Shown here: positions 21,800 to 33,604 of the stretch, piece after piece
Position numbering within the stretch: the stretch's first letter is position 1
How the letters are laid out: each line of letters starts with the position of its first letter
NCBI GenBank assembly: GCA_965240325.2
Contig: OZ251254.1
Span: forward strand, 124,001 to 188,000
DNA length: 64,000 nt
DNA from: Rebecca billardiae RCC1528
Lineage: Eukaryota; Protista; Haptophyta
Direction: 5' to 3'
The notes under the pieces: generated by a model
Told to the model about the DNA's origin: nothing
The model's database searches: none
Seen by the model: only the letters and a program-made list of their open reading frames with translations
Made by a program: the position numbers and the translations under genes

Positions 21800-24700
21800 G
21801 CCCGGAACCCGCGCAGGTGCGAACCACAAACACTACGGAGGCGGCGCGAGGCGCTGATCCGGCGTGGTTGCGCACTTGGTCGGTTCGAACGGGCACCAAT
21901 GACCAACGTCTACTCGAGCGCACGCGACGCGTGGCCGAGGGGATGGAGGGGGCGAACGCGCGGCGTGAGTCGCTCGACGAGCAGTCGGCGGCGGGCATGA
22001 CGCGGCGGCCGTTCGCGGACGCAATGCCGACGGCGCACTACCCTGGGCAGGTGACGCACGTCGACATCTTCTCCATGGCACGCATCGACTTACCAGTTGG
22101 GGCCGATGGCGCGCGTGGAGGGTATCCTCATGGGATCATATTCATCGATGGGCATTCACGTCGATGGCAAGTGTACGCGCTACGCAGCTTGGATGACGCC
22201 GAGGTTGGTCGGGCATTCCGCTGGTACGCGCAGTTGCTTGGAACAGGGGCCATGCACATGTCGCATTGGGTCCTGGCGTCGGGGTGTACTATGGCGCGAC
22301 GCCATATTCACACCGACGGTGGCTCGACGTTGCTGAGTACGTACGTCGAGGGTGAGCTGGCGAAGCTTGGGTTCTCGTCGACGGTCACGTCGGCGCCCGA
22401 CTCGCCGAGCTCGAATGGCGTGGCGGAACGCGCTATCCGCACGCTGAAGTCGAGACTGCGCGCCACGGTCGTTGCGCGTGGAGTCTCGCGGGTCGATTGG
22501 CACTACGCGGCGTGGCACGCATGCGCGTCGCGCAATCGACTGGCGTCACGTGGTATCATTCGTGACGATGGAGACATCGAGTGGCTCACGCCGGATGAGC
22601 TGTTCTTTGGCAAACGTCCGACGTGGAAGCATCACGTGGCGTTTGGCGCGCGCTGCCGCGTGCTGATGCTGGGCGCACGGCGCAATGCATTGGGGCAGCT
22701 CAAGCAGCGCGCACTACCCGGACGTGTCTATCTCTGGGGTGGGCACGGCGTGCAGTGGCGCGGTACATGGCGCTACGTGCTTGGGTACGTATGTCGTTTA
22801 GACGACGGACGTCTCGTTCACTCACGTGACGTACGCATCGACGAGACCGACCTGGTCGAGGGGGGGCACTCGTCGCTGGGCGCACCTGACGGTGGCGCGT
22901 ACGTGGGTGATGGTGACGGCGCCGCAGTAAGCGGCGGACATCGTCCAGTCGGCGGTGATGCCGACGGTGAGGACGAGGACGGTGACGGCGGCGAGACGCC
23001 AGCCGACGCCGGGAATGACGACGCGACAGAGTTCGACGTCGGGTACGACGACGACGCAGATGCGTCAACGTCGGGGCGCGGGCGCAGCAGCGTGGACGCG
23101 GGACAACGCGGGTGCAGCAGCGCGGGCGCACAGCCGTCGACGCCGACGCCGCAGGGCGGGCGTGGCGGGGCAGGCGCGTCGATGACGCAGCCGGGTCGGC
23201 AGGATCAGATACCGCCGACGGAATCACGGCGCGGGGCCGCAGCAGGTGCTGGCGGGCCGCCGCGCGGCGCAGACGGTGACGACGGCGTGATCGAGGACGC
23301 GCCGCCGCCCGGTCTGGATATGGGACACGATCCGCTTCGCAGGGATCGGACGTCACGCCGACGGCCGCAGCTGCTTACTGCCGTCGTCAGCGCCGCGTCG
23401 GTGTTCCAGAAGATCAACGTGAAGGTGCCGACGAACTATCGCGAGGCGATGCGGTCGGCGGAGGCGCCCCAGTGGCAGGGCGCCATGCTCGAGCACTTGG
23501 AAGGTCACAAGTTGCTCGGCACCTCGGAAGAGGTGGTGGTTCCGGAGGGCACGCGGGTGTTGCCGAGCCAATGGGTCTTTGACGTCAAGTCGAACCCGGA
23601 GGGCGAGGTGACGCGCTTCAAGGCGCGGTCGGTGCTACTGGGGAACCTACAGCGGCCGGGGATCGACTTTCAGGAGGTCTTTGCTCCGACGATCCGGCCG
23701 GAACAAGTGCGACTACTCGTTGCGATCGCCGCTCAGCAGGCGGGCGCGAGGGTCGACTTGGGAGCAGCGTCGGTTGCGGCGCTGGGCATACTGTCGAAGG
23801 GCGACGTCAAGGACGCGTACCTCAACTCGGAGTTGAAGCCGGATGAGCGGCCTCTCTTCTCATTCCCGCCGGGCTACGTGCCGAGCACGCAGGCGCCGCC
23901 GGGGTACAAAGTCGTGGGCCGGAGCCTCAAGGCGTATCCGGGTCTACGCCAGTCTGGGCGCGCGTGGCATCGCACGCACCGCACCCAGCTGCTCGCGCGC
24001 GGCTTCTCGGAGTGTCCGAGTGCGCCGTGCATCTACGTCAAGGAGTCGGCGCCGGGCGAGTTCATCATCGCGGGCGGCTTTGTCGACGACTTGCTGTTTC
24101 TCAACCTGACGCGCGACGCGCGCGCGGTGGAGAAGCTGGCGGCTGACCTGAAGGAGCATTACGAGATCAAGCTGAGTGAGCGGCTCGATAAGTTCCTGGG
24201 CGCCGTGTTTGAAGTTCATGACGACGGCATCCTGATGCATCTGGGGCCGTACGTCGAGAGCGTGCTTCAGCGGTTCGGTTTGAACGCGAGCACGCCGGCG
24301 CGCACGCCGGAGCCGGCGGCGCGGGCGCAGCTGAGCGACGACGACGAGGCGTTGCTGCAGCGCGCGGAGATTGAGAACTACCAGGCGATGGTGGGATGTC
24401 TCATGTTTGCGATGGTCACGGCGCGGCCGGACATCGCGCACGCGGTGAACATGCTGACGCGACGCATGTCACGTCCGCGGGCGGTGGATCTGGTAAGTGC
24501 GAAGCGCGTGCTGCGCTACTTACGCGGATGCCCGCGATTGGGAATCTTGTTCAAGTTTGCGACAGATTCCGAGCACCCCGACCTACTTGCTTTCGCTGAC
24601 TCCGATTGGGCAAGCAATCCGGTGGAGACCAAGGGCAGGTCGACGGGTGGATACATTGTGTTCTACAATGGTGCGCCGGTGTCGTGGCACAGCGGGCTGC

Positions 24701-25071
24701 AAGGTACAGTCTCGCTGAGCTCGACGGAGGCGGAGTACGTCGCGCTGAGCGATTGCTGCCGCGAGGTGAGCTACTTGCGGAGCATACTCGAGTCCATGCG
24801 GCAGCCGCCGCGGGGCGCGACGGAGGTGCGAGAGGACAACAAGGGGGCAATCGACCTCGTGGAGAATCCTGTGCACCACAAGCGCTCGAAGCACATCGAG
24901 ATCAAGCATCACTATGTGCGTGACGCGCAGGAGGGTGGCAAGGTGAAGGTGGTCAAGGTACACACCTCACTCAACCACTCTGACATCATGACGAAGGCGA
25001 CGGACGGTGCGACGTTCAAGCGGCACGTCGACGCCATCATGGTGGACCGACACCCGACGCGCGCGCGGTAA
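21787..25071 (+). CDS. pol: Copia Pol (integrase, RT, RNase H) in the -1 frame relative to gag
   Basis: IN: HVDIF / HTDGG / NGVAER. RT: DVKDAYL, GLRQSGRAW, FVDDLL. RNase H: FADSDWA, STEAEY, EDNKGA, KHIEIKHH. Confidence 0.92.
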   Translation, partial: PKRLSPEPAQVRTTNTTEAARGADPAWLRTWSVRTGTNDQRLLERTRRVAEGMEGANARRESLDEQSAAGMTRRPFADAMPTAHYPGQVTHVDIFSMARIDLPVGADGARGGYPHGIIFIDGHSRRWQVYALRSLDDAEVGRAFRWYAQLLGTGAMHMSHWVLASGCTMARRHIHTDGGSTLLSTYVEGELAKLGFSSTVTSAPDSPSSNGVAERAIRTLKSRLRATVVARGVSRVDWHYAAWHACASRNRLASRGIIRDDGDIEWLTPDELFFGKRPTWKHHVAFGARCRVLMLGARRNALGQLKQRALPGRVYLWGGHGVQWRGTWRYVLGYVCRLDDGRLVHSRDVRIDETDLVEGGHSSLGAPDGGAYVGDGDGAAVSGGHRPVGGDADGEDEDGDGGETPADAGNDDATEFDVGYDDDADASTSGRGRSSVDAGQRGCSSAGAQPSTPTPQGGRGGAGASMTQPGRQDQIPPTESRRGAAAGAGGPPRGADGDDGVIEDAPPPGLDMGHDPLRRDRTSRRRPQLLTAVVSAASVFQKINVKVPTNYREAMRSAEAPQWQGAMLEHLEGHKLLGTSEEVVVPEGTRVLPSQWVFDVKSNPEGEVTRFKARSVLLGNLQRPGIDFQEVFAPTIRPEQVRLLVAIAAQQAGARVDLGAASVAALGILSKGDVKDAYLNSELKPDERPLFSFPPGYVPSTQAPPGYKVVGRSLKAYPGLRQSGRAWHRTHRTQLLARGFSECPSAPCIYVKESAPGEFIIAGGFVDDLLFLNLTRDARAVEKLAADLKEHYEIKLSERLDKFLGAVFEVHDDGILMHLGPYVESVLQRFGLNASTPARTPEPAARAQLSDDDEALLQRAEIENYQAMVGCLMFAMVTARPDIAHAVNMLTRRMSRPRAVDLVSAKRVLRYLRGCPRLGILFKFATDSEHPDLLAFADSDWASNPVETKGRSTGGYIVFYNGAPVSWHSGLQGTVSLSSTEAEYVALSDCCREVSYLRSILESMRQPPRGATEVREDNKGAIDLVENPVHHKRSKHIEIKHHYVRDAQEGGKVKVVKVHTSLNHSDIMTKATDGATFKRHVDAIMVDRHPTRAR

Positions 25072-25107
25072 GCGGCGCAGCTCGCGGCTATGGCTGTCGA
25101 GGGGGGG

Positions 25108-25673
25108 TGTTGAGCTGACGCGGCCTGGGGCGCGCATCTCAGCAGATGGCGTCGCCGCTGGGACGTCAGGGCCGGCGCCGCACCAGGCGGGCCGGCGTCA
25201 TCAGCTACGGAGCAGTGGCTGGCTGGCGGCGCGCGCGCGCGGCGCGCGCGGCGGCAGGAGCGCGGACGCGGCAGCGCGGACGCGGAGCGACACGGACGCG
25301 GCGCGTGCGCGGGCGGTACGGCCCGGCGCAGCGCGACACGGTGACGTCGCACGGGCATGGCCCGGACGCCATCGTGGGAGTCCATCCGGATTTCCACTTT
25401 CGGAAAAGTGGGAATCCGGCTGAGGGTGGACGGACGAGGACGTCCGGGAGTTACGTCGGGACGGGCGGTTTTCGGGAAGGTAACGCATTCCCCGGAGCCG
25501 GCCGCGACGTGGTCACCCCGCGACCAAAAGGTCGGCGGGAGGTTAGCTTGTCTTCGTAAAAGAGCGAAGGGAAGGAGGTTGCCTCTCGTGGTCAACATTG
25601 ACGACGCGCCCGAGGACGCGCCGGTGAGCTTTTAGCAGGGCTCGGGACGCTCGGAGCTCGCGTTTACCCAATA
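25108..25673 (+). repeat. 3' LTR
   Basis: Direct repeat of 18613-19178. Confidence 0.95.
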
Positions 25674-27643
25674 CAAAATCAAAAAAGAGGATGCGCGCAG
25701 GATTTGGGGGGATTTTTGTAGGTGGATTTAGGTGTGAAACCGAGCATTTGAGTCCATTTCGCTGCTCATGATTGCGTTTGTACTGCTCCTTAATCCTTGG
25801 ATAGTAAGTAATAGAAGAAATCGGAAGCAAATAGGACGAAGTCATCTGTTATTGGCTTCTTGGCCCAATGCGGGTGGGATTCGAAATCTTTATCTGCGAG
25901 GATTAAGAGCTCTCTGATGAAAGAAGTGTAGTGAGTGTGTCCTAGACAGCCTGAGCGGAAGGGCAATTATTGCGATTGTCATTCAAGATTCCTCACCCCT
26001 TATTGCAAACTGATTCCGAAGCCAATGCGGGTGTGATCGAAAATAAGACTACCAGCATAAGTCGCGTGACGATTCAGATCGCGAGGCGTCATGTTCCGTC
26101 GGTGCCGCCCGGTGCGCACGTGCCGCCCCGTGCGCGCGCGCGGCGGCGTGGCGCGCGGCCGAGCGCCGGGGAGCCTGGGCGGCGGCAGGCGCGCGGCGGG
26201 GCATGCGCTGCCCGAGAAGCTGGCGCACTCGCCCAGCGCCGCCGCGCACACCGCCGCCGACCTCGCGCGCACGCCCTCCGTCAACTCCTCGGCGTCCCGT
26301 CAGTCAGCGCAGGGGCGGAGCCGGAGGGCGCTAACCGGTCGGCGCACAGTGCCGCCGTCGCGGCGACGACGGCGACGACGGCGGCGCACGCGGGCGGCAG
26401 ACGCTGTGCGAGCGCGCCACCGCCGACGCCGTCGCGCCGCCGCTGCCCTTGCCGCACCGTGCCGCCGTCGCAGACGGCAGAGGCCGCGCCGCCGTTGGTC
26501 AACGCGCGCGCACGCGCTGCCACGGCCGCCGCACCGCCGCCGTCGAGATTCAAGATCGGCGCGGGCGTACGCTGCGGCTCGCGCAACGCGCCGCCGCCGC
26601 CGCCGCCGCTCCTCCCGCCCCCGTCCGCCCTCCCGCCCGTCCCGCGCCTCGACGGCGCGCGCCTCCAAAATGTGTGCACCACCGTGCTCCGCGCCCTCGT
26701 GGCAGACGGCGGCGCACGCGGGGCTGCTGCCGTGTGGGCGACGGCGCGCGGCGCGCGACCCGACGTACGCGGCGGCGCTCGGCCGCACGTTCGAGGGGCC
26801 GCTGTGCGCGCTCGCCGCGCCGCCGCTGCCCGCCGCCGCCGCAAGCCGCAAGTCGCTCGCGCGCCGCGGCCGCGGCCGTGAGGAGGCGGGCGGGAGGTGG
26901 CGGCTCGGCGCGCGCTGCGGAGGCGCCGCTGCTGCCGCTGCGCGCGGCGCAGCGGCTTCTCGCGTAGTGGTCGGGCGCGGCGCTGAGTGGCTGCTCTGCG
27001 CGCAGCGCGGCTGCGCACACAACGCGCGTGCGAGCTCGCGTGCACCCCCGGCGCCGCCGCCCGGCTGTCGGACTCGCCAGTGACTCGGCTGCATTCGGCG
27101 CCGCATGGCACCGTCCGACCGTCCGACCGTGTCGTCACAAGCCGGCTGCTGCTCACATTCACAAGCTGCGTGATTCGTGACGAATAAGACAGAACGCGAC
27201 AACTAGCCACTATAGGGCCGTGCGCCGTCAACTTCGTTGTTCACTACCCGAAGATCGGCGTAGCCGATCATATATATATATATGAACAGCTGATATATGA
27301 TGATGATTATTTACATCATATATATATATATTATTTATTATTTGCAGCGCAGCATATTGCGCATGATGCCAGGCGATGATGATGATGACGATACTATTGA
27401 TGCATGATGATGCGACGACAATATATAACTTCGGCCGGGTGCACTGCGGCACGGCTCCGCCGAGTGGGGCCGGTCCGTCTCTGAGTCAAACTTGCTGGAC
27501 TGGCGGCACCATCAGCATCACTGCTGCTGTGATGATGTCAGCATATAGCCGCTGCTGCACGCGGGGCGCAGTCCGGCGAGTGGCAGCGGGGGCGGCCAGC
27601 GCGTCGTCGCCCAAGGCTGGCGCGATGAGCAAGCCAACCGCGC

Positions 27644-29344
27644 TCACGGTGTGGGCTGCGTGGTTGATGGGTGTGCAGTGGCAGCCGACGCGGATGCTTC
27701 CGTGGTGCTGACGTTGCTGCAGTTATTCGCGGCTCCTTCGAGCAGCCGCCAGCCGGTCGCTCTGCTGCCGTCTGCGGCGTCGTACTCGCGAGCGAACGGG
27801 CGGAAGGGGCGCTGGGGGCAGGGCGAGTTCTCCTCCTCGTATGCCGACACGTCTGGCTGCTTGATGCGCTTGCACTTGCCCGGCGCGATGATCTGGATGA
27901 CGATGGCGTCGCGCTGCACAGGGTCCTCCCAGGCGAGCCTGTGCAGGCCATTGGGATCGAAGATGAAGCCGCCGCCGCGCAGGCCCGACATGCGCGCGAT
28001 CCGTGCCGACGGGAACTTCTGCTTCACCCAGGTGTCGCTCAGCCGCGTGTCGACGTCGCACGCGCTCGAGTAGTAGTTGGTGTTGTGCGTGCCCTTCACG
28101 ATGCGCGTCGCGCGCCCAAAGAATTCGGGCACGTCGTGCAGGTAGAGGTAGAGCTTGAGCTGCCGGCCGGCGCCGTCGTGGTGGTAGAAGCTGTCGAGCG
28201 CCTGCTGCTCCGAGGTGAGATGCGCGCCGACGCGGTACGCGCTCCAGTAGAAGTCGTCCTCCAGCCGCAGCGGCGTGTCGAGGTGCGGCGCGAGGTACGC
28301 GCCGAGCGCTCGGTTGAGGCTCTCGTCGCCAAAGAGCGCGCGGAGAGGGGCATCCAGGGTCTGCGGCGCGGCGTGCCAGATACGCCGGTCGCCGTCGCGC
28401 TCCACCTGCGTGTTGAGTGCGTCCATCGCTAGCGCCTCAATCTCCGCCATAGCCTCGTCGCTCACGCCCTTGAACTGGTCGATCTTCACAAAGCCGTCGC
28501 GCCGGAGCAACGCGTACACCTGCGCCGCACGCTCGTCCCCACAGAGCGCCGAGTGCACCTGCTCGCGCGAAGGCACTCGCGCGGGCATGTCCTCCTCGAA
28601 GAAGCGTCGGTTGAACTCGGCCGTGTGCAGCATGCCCGCGGTGCAGGGCCCCGACTGCGGCATCGCCTCCGCGGCGTCCCAGTCCGTCGCACCGAGGTAG
28701 AGCGCGCGCGTGGCTTGCACGCGCAGGTCCGCGCTGAGCGCGCCCACAGCAGCGTTTGGCAGCGCCCGCCTCAGGCCGTCGAGCAGCACTGACATGTCGA
28801 GCCCGTACGGGCGCAGCTGCACGCCGTGGTTCAGCGCTTGCACGCCGATGCGACCGAGCTCTGGGCTCTCGTTCAGCACAGTGCACAGCGTGCGCCTTCG
28901 CTCGACGATCACGCGGCGCATCACCTCGCGGTTGGGCACTGGCGGCGGGGGCAAGCGCGGGTCCTGCACAGGGGCACCGCCGTTGTTCATGACATTGAAG
29001 ATGCGCCTCAAGCCTCGCGGCCCGGGCTCGTTCGCAGCCCCCGGCGGGAAGCTTTCCGTGCCATCGACGGGCGTCGTCCTCTCGGGGAACGCACCCGCCC
29101 CCGCGTCCGCGAACGCATCCATGATCAGGCGCGTGAAGTTCCTCGCCCCCAGAAGCTGCGAGCAGAGGATGTCGGCCGGCTTCGCGACGACGAGTGCTGG
29201 CGCGGTGCGCTGTGCGCGGCTCGGGCGATTCCGTCGGGGTGGCGGCTGCCGGCGCGGCGCGGGTGGCTGCTGCGCCTGCTCCTGCTTCGCCTTGCTGATG
29301 GCAGCCGGGAGACGGCGAAGGGCGTCGGCCAAGATCGTCTGCCC

Positions 29345-29381
<37 letters not shown>

Positions 29382-29680
29382 ACGCCAGCGCCAGCGAGCA
29401 GTGCGAGTGCGGGGTTGTTCTGCTTGTTGGTACTGCCGCCCATCATGGCAGGCCCGAGGAGCGCCCCGGCCCCACCGCCCATGACGAATCCGGCCGCGTC
29501 GTTCGCCACCGGCGACTTCTTGCTCTCTGCCTTGTTGAAGAAGTAGGCCAGCGCCCCGCCCGGGTTCTGCTGCTGCTGCGCGTCAGCTCGGCCGAGAAAG
29601 GCGAGGAGTAGAACGAGCGCACCGAATGCTCCGCCGACAGCCGTACGCGCGGGCCACCGCCGAGAGGAGGCGGGCGCCAT
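27644..29680 (-). CDS. Secreted or membrane-anchored protein with a C-terminal phytanoyl-CoA dioxygenase-like (PhyH, 2OG-Fe(II)) domain
   Basis: Hydrophobic N-terminus; LRRDGFVKID, FYHHDG (HxD), LKLYLYLHDV, TRIVKGTH, FIFDPNGLHR (distal His). Confidence 0.75.
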
Positions 29681-30177
29681 GGGTGCTCGTCGCAGCCAGC
29701 AAGCGACGCTCGACAGGCGATGGGAGCGCGGTCACAGCCGCCACGACACTGTGCTGCCTCGCACCCCGGATTGGCGGACGCGCCGAAAGCAGCGAGCGAC
29801 CGCGAGGCGGCTCGCGCTGGATCCAGCCGAGGGGGCGTCATTCTCGTAACCAATCTCGCGCCGCGTGGCGCCTGCAGTCCCTTAATTGAAGTGCTGCGCT
29901 GCGCCGGCCTCGTTTGACGTTTCCGCTGCTCACGTATTGTCAGCAGGATACCCGTCCGCATACTTCACCGTACCGGTAGTCGTCGTCGCCCAACAACCCC
30001 GCGAGCCAAAAGCGCAACAGTACCAGTATTACCCTCATCCCGCACGCGTACGGTGATCAGTACTAGTCGTAGTGGCAGCGCTACCGCAGACTGCATGCAT
30101 CAGAATACAAGCAGTCCGGACAAGCAAGCACTGGCGCACCCTCGACCGGCAGAGCCAGAGGCGGCAGCTTTGCCCTA

Positions 30178-30728
30178 CAGGCAATTGCGGGCAATAAGGA
30201 GCTGTCACGTTAAGAAACTGGGGCTTGCTATCTGCGGATCTGGCCTAGAAACTGAGACTAGCGATTGGCTGGTTCATCGCTATACGCATAGTCACACTAA
30301 GAAACCGGGACTACGTCGTACGCGGCCGATGAGTGGTCCGCCGAGGGCCCGAGGCGCAGTGCCCGTGGGACGCGGCCGCACGCGGCCCGACTACGACGGT
30401 ACACGGGCCAAGTCCCGACTGAGTCTCCTTATGACTGACTCCTGGCCAGTGACACCGCAGCATCCATGCAACATAATGCCACATTTGCTCCAAAATGGCC
30501 GCCCAAAATTTTCGTCGGCCTCGCCGGCCGGGCCTAAAGACTCAGCGGGGGGCTCTGCCCCCCTGTGGCGAGCCTGTGCCCGGCCCCGCGCCTGCGCGCC
30601 GCGCGGCGGGCCGGGACCTAGCGCTAAGAAACTGAGACTCCGTAGGCGCTCGGGCTACCGAACGGCTAAGAAACCGAGAATAGCCGTACGTGAGATTACT
30701 CTGACTTCTTATTGCCCGCGATTGCCTG
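30178..30728. mobile_element. Tc1/mariner/pogo-type MITE, 551 bp
   Basis: TA|CAGGCAATTGCGGGCAATAAG ... CTTATTGCCCGCGATTGCCTG|TA; second copy inverted at 38906-40714. Confidence 0.85.
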
Positions 30729-31280
30729 TACTACTTCCGTTGCCTTACATAATATATTGGCGCCTGGCGCACCTGTGCTCAGCTGCGGCGCAGCTTGCCG
30801 ACGAGACCTGCCCGACTCCTGCCCGTCTGCCACCTCCGTCGGTGCGGCAACTGTCACACAGTCGTAGTATACCTACTTACGCTACCTTCTGATGCTGACG
30901 ATGAAAGGCCGACCGATGCGGCACCCTGCGGCCATCCGATGATCGTCGCGTCAGCAGCAGTCGGGCTGCCGCTTCTTATCAGAAACTTAATATAATCCGC
31001 CGACTACGGCCGAAGTATAATCTGACGATACGATGAACATATCTGAGTCAGCAGCGCGTCGTGAGTCTCAGTCTTCGAGTTCGACGTCTAAGCCTCGGCC
31101 CGTCAGGGCCGGCTCACAGCCTCACTCAGGACTCAAGGAGTCAGGGGCCAGTCAGTGAGGCCGGCGAGTCGCGCGTAGATATCATCATTATTATGCTGCT
31201 GCATCACTATCTGAAGTGGCGTGGCGTCAGCATCATGATGCTGTGAACGGCGGACGATATATATATATATAATAGCACTA

Positions 31281-32138
31281 GACCCGTTGCACGCGTGAGC
31301 GCCGAAAAAACGACACTTTGGCAGTGATAGTCATCAGCACCGTCGCCGCATCGTGGGCATGCCGCTGCCGCCGCCGGCGGCGGCAGCGGGAGCGTGGCAG
31401 CAGATCTACCACCTTCCGCGTTACGCGCTGCGTCGTGCGCGCCAGGTGGCAGGTTTCCCAGGTCCGCCGCGCGGAAGGCAGCGTGAGCGGTCGGCGAGCG
31501 CACGGAGATGAGAAGTAAGCGCGCATCGTGAGAGCTTCAGCAGCTTGCCCACGCGCTTCACGAAGGCGGTGTGGTTGCGTGCGCACGCCTTCTGTACCCG
31601 TACCCGCGATCAAAGCGTGAGCCACTCCCTAGGTCTTGCCTGCGCATCGCGGGCCGCGCCTCGTCTCCTGAATCCTCGTTCACGAGGACAGCACGTGTAT
31701 CCGTGTACGCGCTCGCGGCCGATGGCGGCTCCCCGCGTCGAGAGCCGTTTGGCTGGAGCCGCATCCAAGGGCATGTATCCTCACGGCCCCACCCGATGCT
31801 GACGCTGAGGTGGCGTGCTTGCCGAAGGTAGCCGCATTGGCTGATCTCTCTGCCTTTGGGCAACCCTTTGCAACCGCGCCGGCTCACGCTGCCAGCGCGC
31901 GCGCGGCGTGGCTTCGTGGTGGACACCTGCCCTGGGTTTTGTCGTTCGTTCTCAGCGACGGTTGGGTCGATTGACATGCGGATTGGATTGGTGCATTGCG
32001 AATCGGCTTCGCAATGCACCATTGCGCTCGGATCGGCGCGGACGTCAGCCATGCGGCAGCGCGAGCGACAAAACCGCGAGATTTCATACGCTTGTCGTTT
32101 TTTCATACGCTCACGGTTACTCACCCGTGCAACGGGTC
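31281..32138. mobile_element. Non-autonomous TIR element, 858 bp
   Basis: TIR GACCCGTTGCACG(C/G)GTGAG...GAAAAAACGACA at both ends; 4-bp direct repeat ACTA on both flanks. Confidence 0.7.
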
Positions 32139-32677
32139 ACTATAGCGCAGACGTGAAGTACAGTATAGCATTAGCAGCATCGTCATCAGATCTAATCAAT
32201 AATATATCAACCGGATCCCTCTCGGGAGACTACTGACCAGGTCCGGCGCACTCTGACGTACTGATGACTCGGGCCACGCACCGGCGGTCCGACTCCGTGC
32301 GACAGACCGTGCCGCCCGGTGCGTACTGCATGACTATACTCGGACCGCGCACTTACTGTCACGGGCTCCGACGGCCGTGCCAGTGCCGGTCGGTCGATCC
32401 GTTAGTGGTATCAGCACCGCCCCTCATATTCCGGCCATACGCAGGCGCGTTAGTGCTCCGTTCCGCGAGACGATCAGTGACCATGCGCACTACGTCGAGC
32501 CGTCGCTGCGAGATCGCGCTGCATCGTACGTGCGTCAGACTCGGCGGAGGGATCGTGACTTCGGCTGGCCGCTGCGCCCGCCGCGACACCCCGATCGACG
32601 AGCACCCGATGATCGGCGGGCATACATGCTGCGAACGGTGAAATCCCATTCGGAGCTGGTTCACGGCCGCTGCCGCC

Positions 32678-33088
32678 TCACTCGTCGCCGAAGAGGAAGG
32701 CCTCCTGCTGGTGCGTTTCCACAACCAGGTCTGACAGCGGGTACGCGACACACGTGCACACCCAGCCGGCTGCCTGCTGGTCCTCGTCGACGACGGTGGC
32801 CTCAGACTGGTCGACTTTGCCGGACACGACCTTCCCGACGCAGCTGTTGCATGCGCCACCGCGGCACGAGTACGGGATCTCGATGCCCTGCGCCTCGGCG
32901 ACGTCAAGGATCGTCTCGTCCTCCGGCACCTCGATCGTCTTCGTCTCGCCGTCCGGGAGGTTGAAGGTGACCTGGTGCATGGCCACGGCGACGCGGGGGC
33001 TCAGAGTCGGGTGTGGCCGTGCGAAGGCGGACGGTGAGCTCCATGCGCTGGACAGGAGCGCGGTGGCGGTGAGGACGGCGGCGAGCAT
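32678..33088 (-). CDS. petF: Plant-type [2Fe-2S] ferredoxin, nuclear-encoded, bipartite plastid-targeting leader
   Basis: PYSCRGGACNSCVGK...CTCVAYP; signal peptide followed by SAF and a transit-like segment. Confidence 0.92.
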   Translation of the reverse strand: MLAAVLTATALLSSAWSSPSAFARPHPTLSPRVAVAMHQVTFNLPDGETKTIEVPEDETILDVAEAQGIEIPYSCRGGACNSCVGKVVSGKVDQSEATVVDEDQQAAGWVCTCVAYPLSDLVVETHQQEAFLFGDE

Positions 33089-33604
33089 CGCGATGCGGCT
33101 GTCGGACGGTCGGCGGCGCGAGCGGACGCACGGTCCCGTCCAGGACCGTCAGGCCGAAAAGGGGCCGCGAAGCGGTGCTCGGCTGCTCGCCAACTCGCGC
33201 TCGCGCAATTCTGATTGGCCCCTGCGTGGGCGCGCGAGGGCCCTGATTCTCAGTAGTTTGGAAGTCGACAAACCTGCGCGAGTGGGCGCCGCGACCGGTT
33301 GTCCGCGGACATGCTTTGGCCGACATGCGTTGGCGATCGTCGAGATTGATTTCTGAGTGATGATTGCTCGTCATTTCAAAACGCGCACGGCGACGAGGGC
33401 CATGACGGAGCCTGGTGGCATCGTCGCCCCGCCACACACCGAGCGCATCGCCCGTGCCCACGCCGCGCCAGCTCTCTGACGACGCTCGCGTAGCCTGCGC
33501 TTCGCCGCCTCAGACCAGCTGAGCGTCCGCCGGGCGCGCAGAGTCGGAAGAGTCGACGGCGGCCCCGGCGGCGCTGGGCGGCTGGGCGCGCGGCGACGGC
33601 CACG

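Larger units (their letters stand above)
18613..25673 (+). mobile_element. Full-length Ty1/Copia LTR retrotransposon
   Basis: 566-bp LTRs at 18613-19178 and 25108-25673. 5-bp TSD CAAAA (18608-18612, 25674-25678), with the empty site visible in copy 3 near 15220. PPT gaggggggg at 25099-25107. Domain order PR-IN-RT-RH. Confidence 0.97.

Noticed and set aside
26091-27083. Possible gene on the + strand
   Set aside because: The region is GC-rich and gene-like, but I found no recognisable domain or consistent exon structure, so it is not called.
30024-30032. CAGTATTAC, a CRESS-type nonamer
   Set aside because: No flanking stem and ~12 kb from the nearest rep; likely chance.
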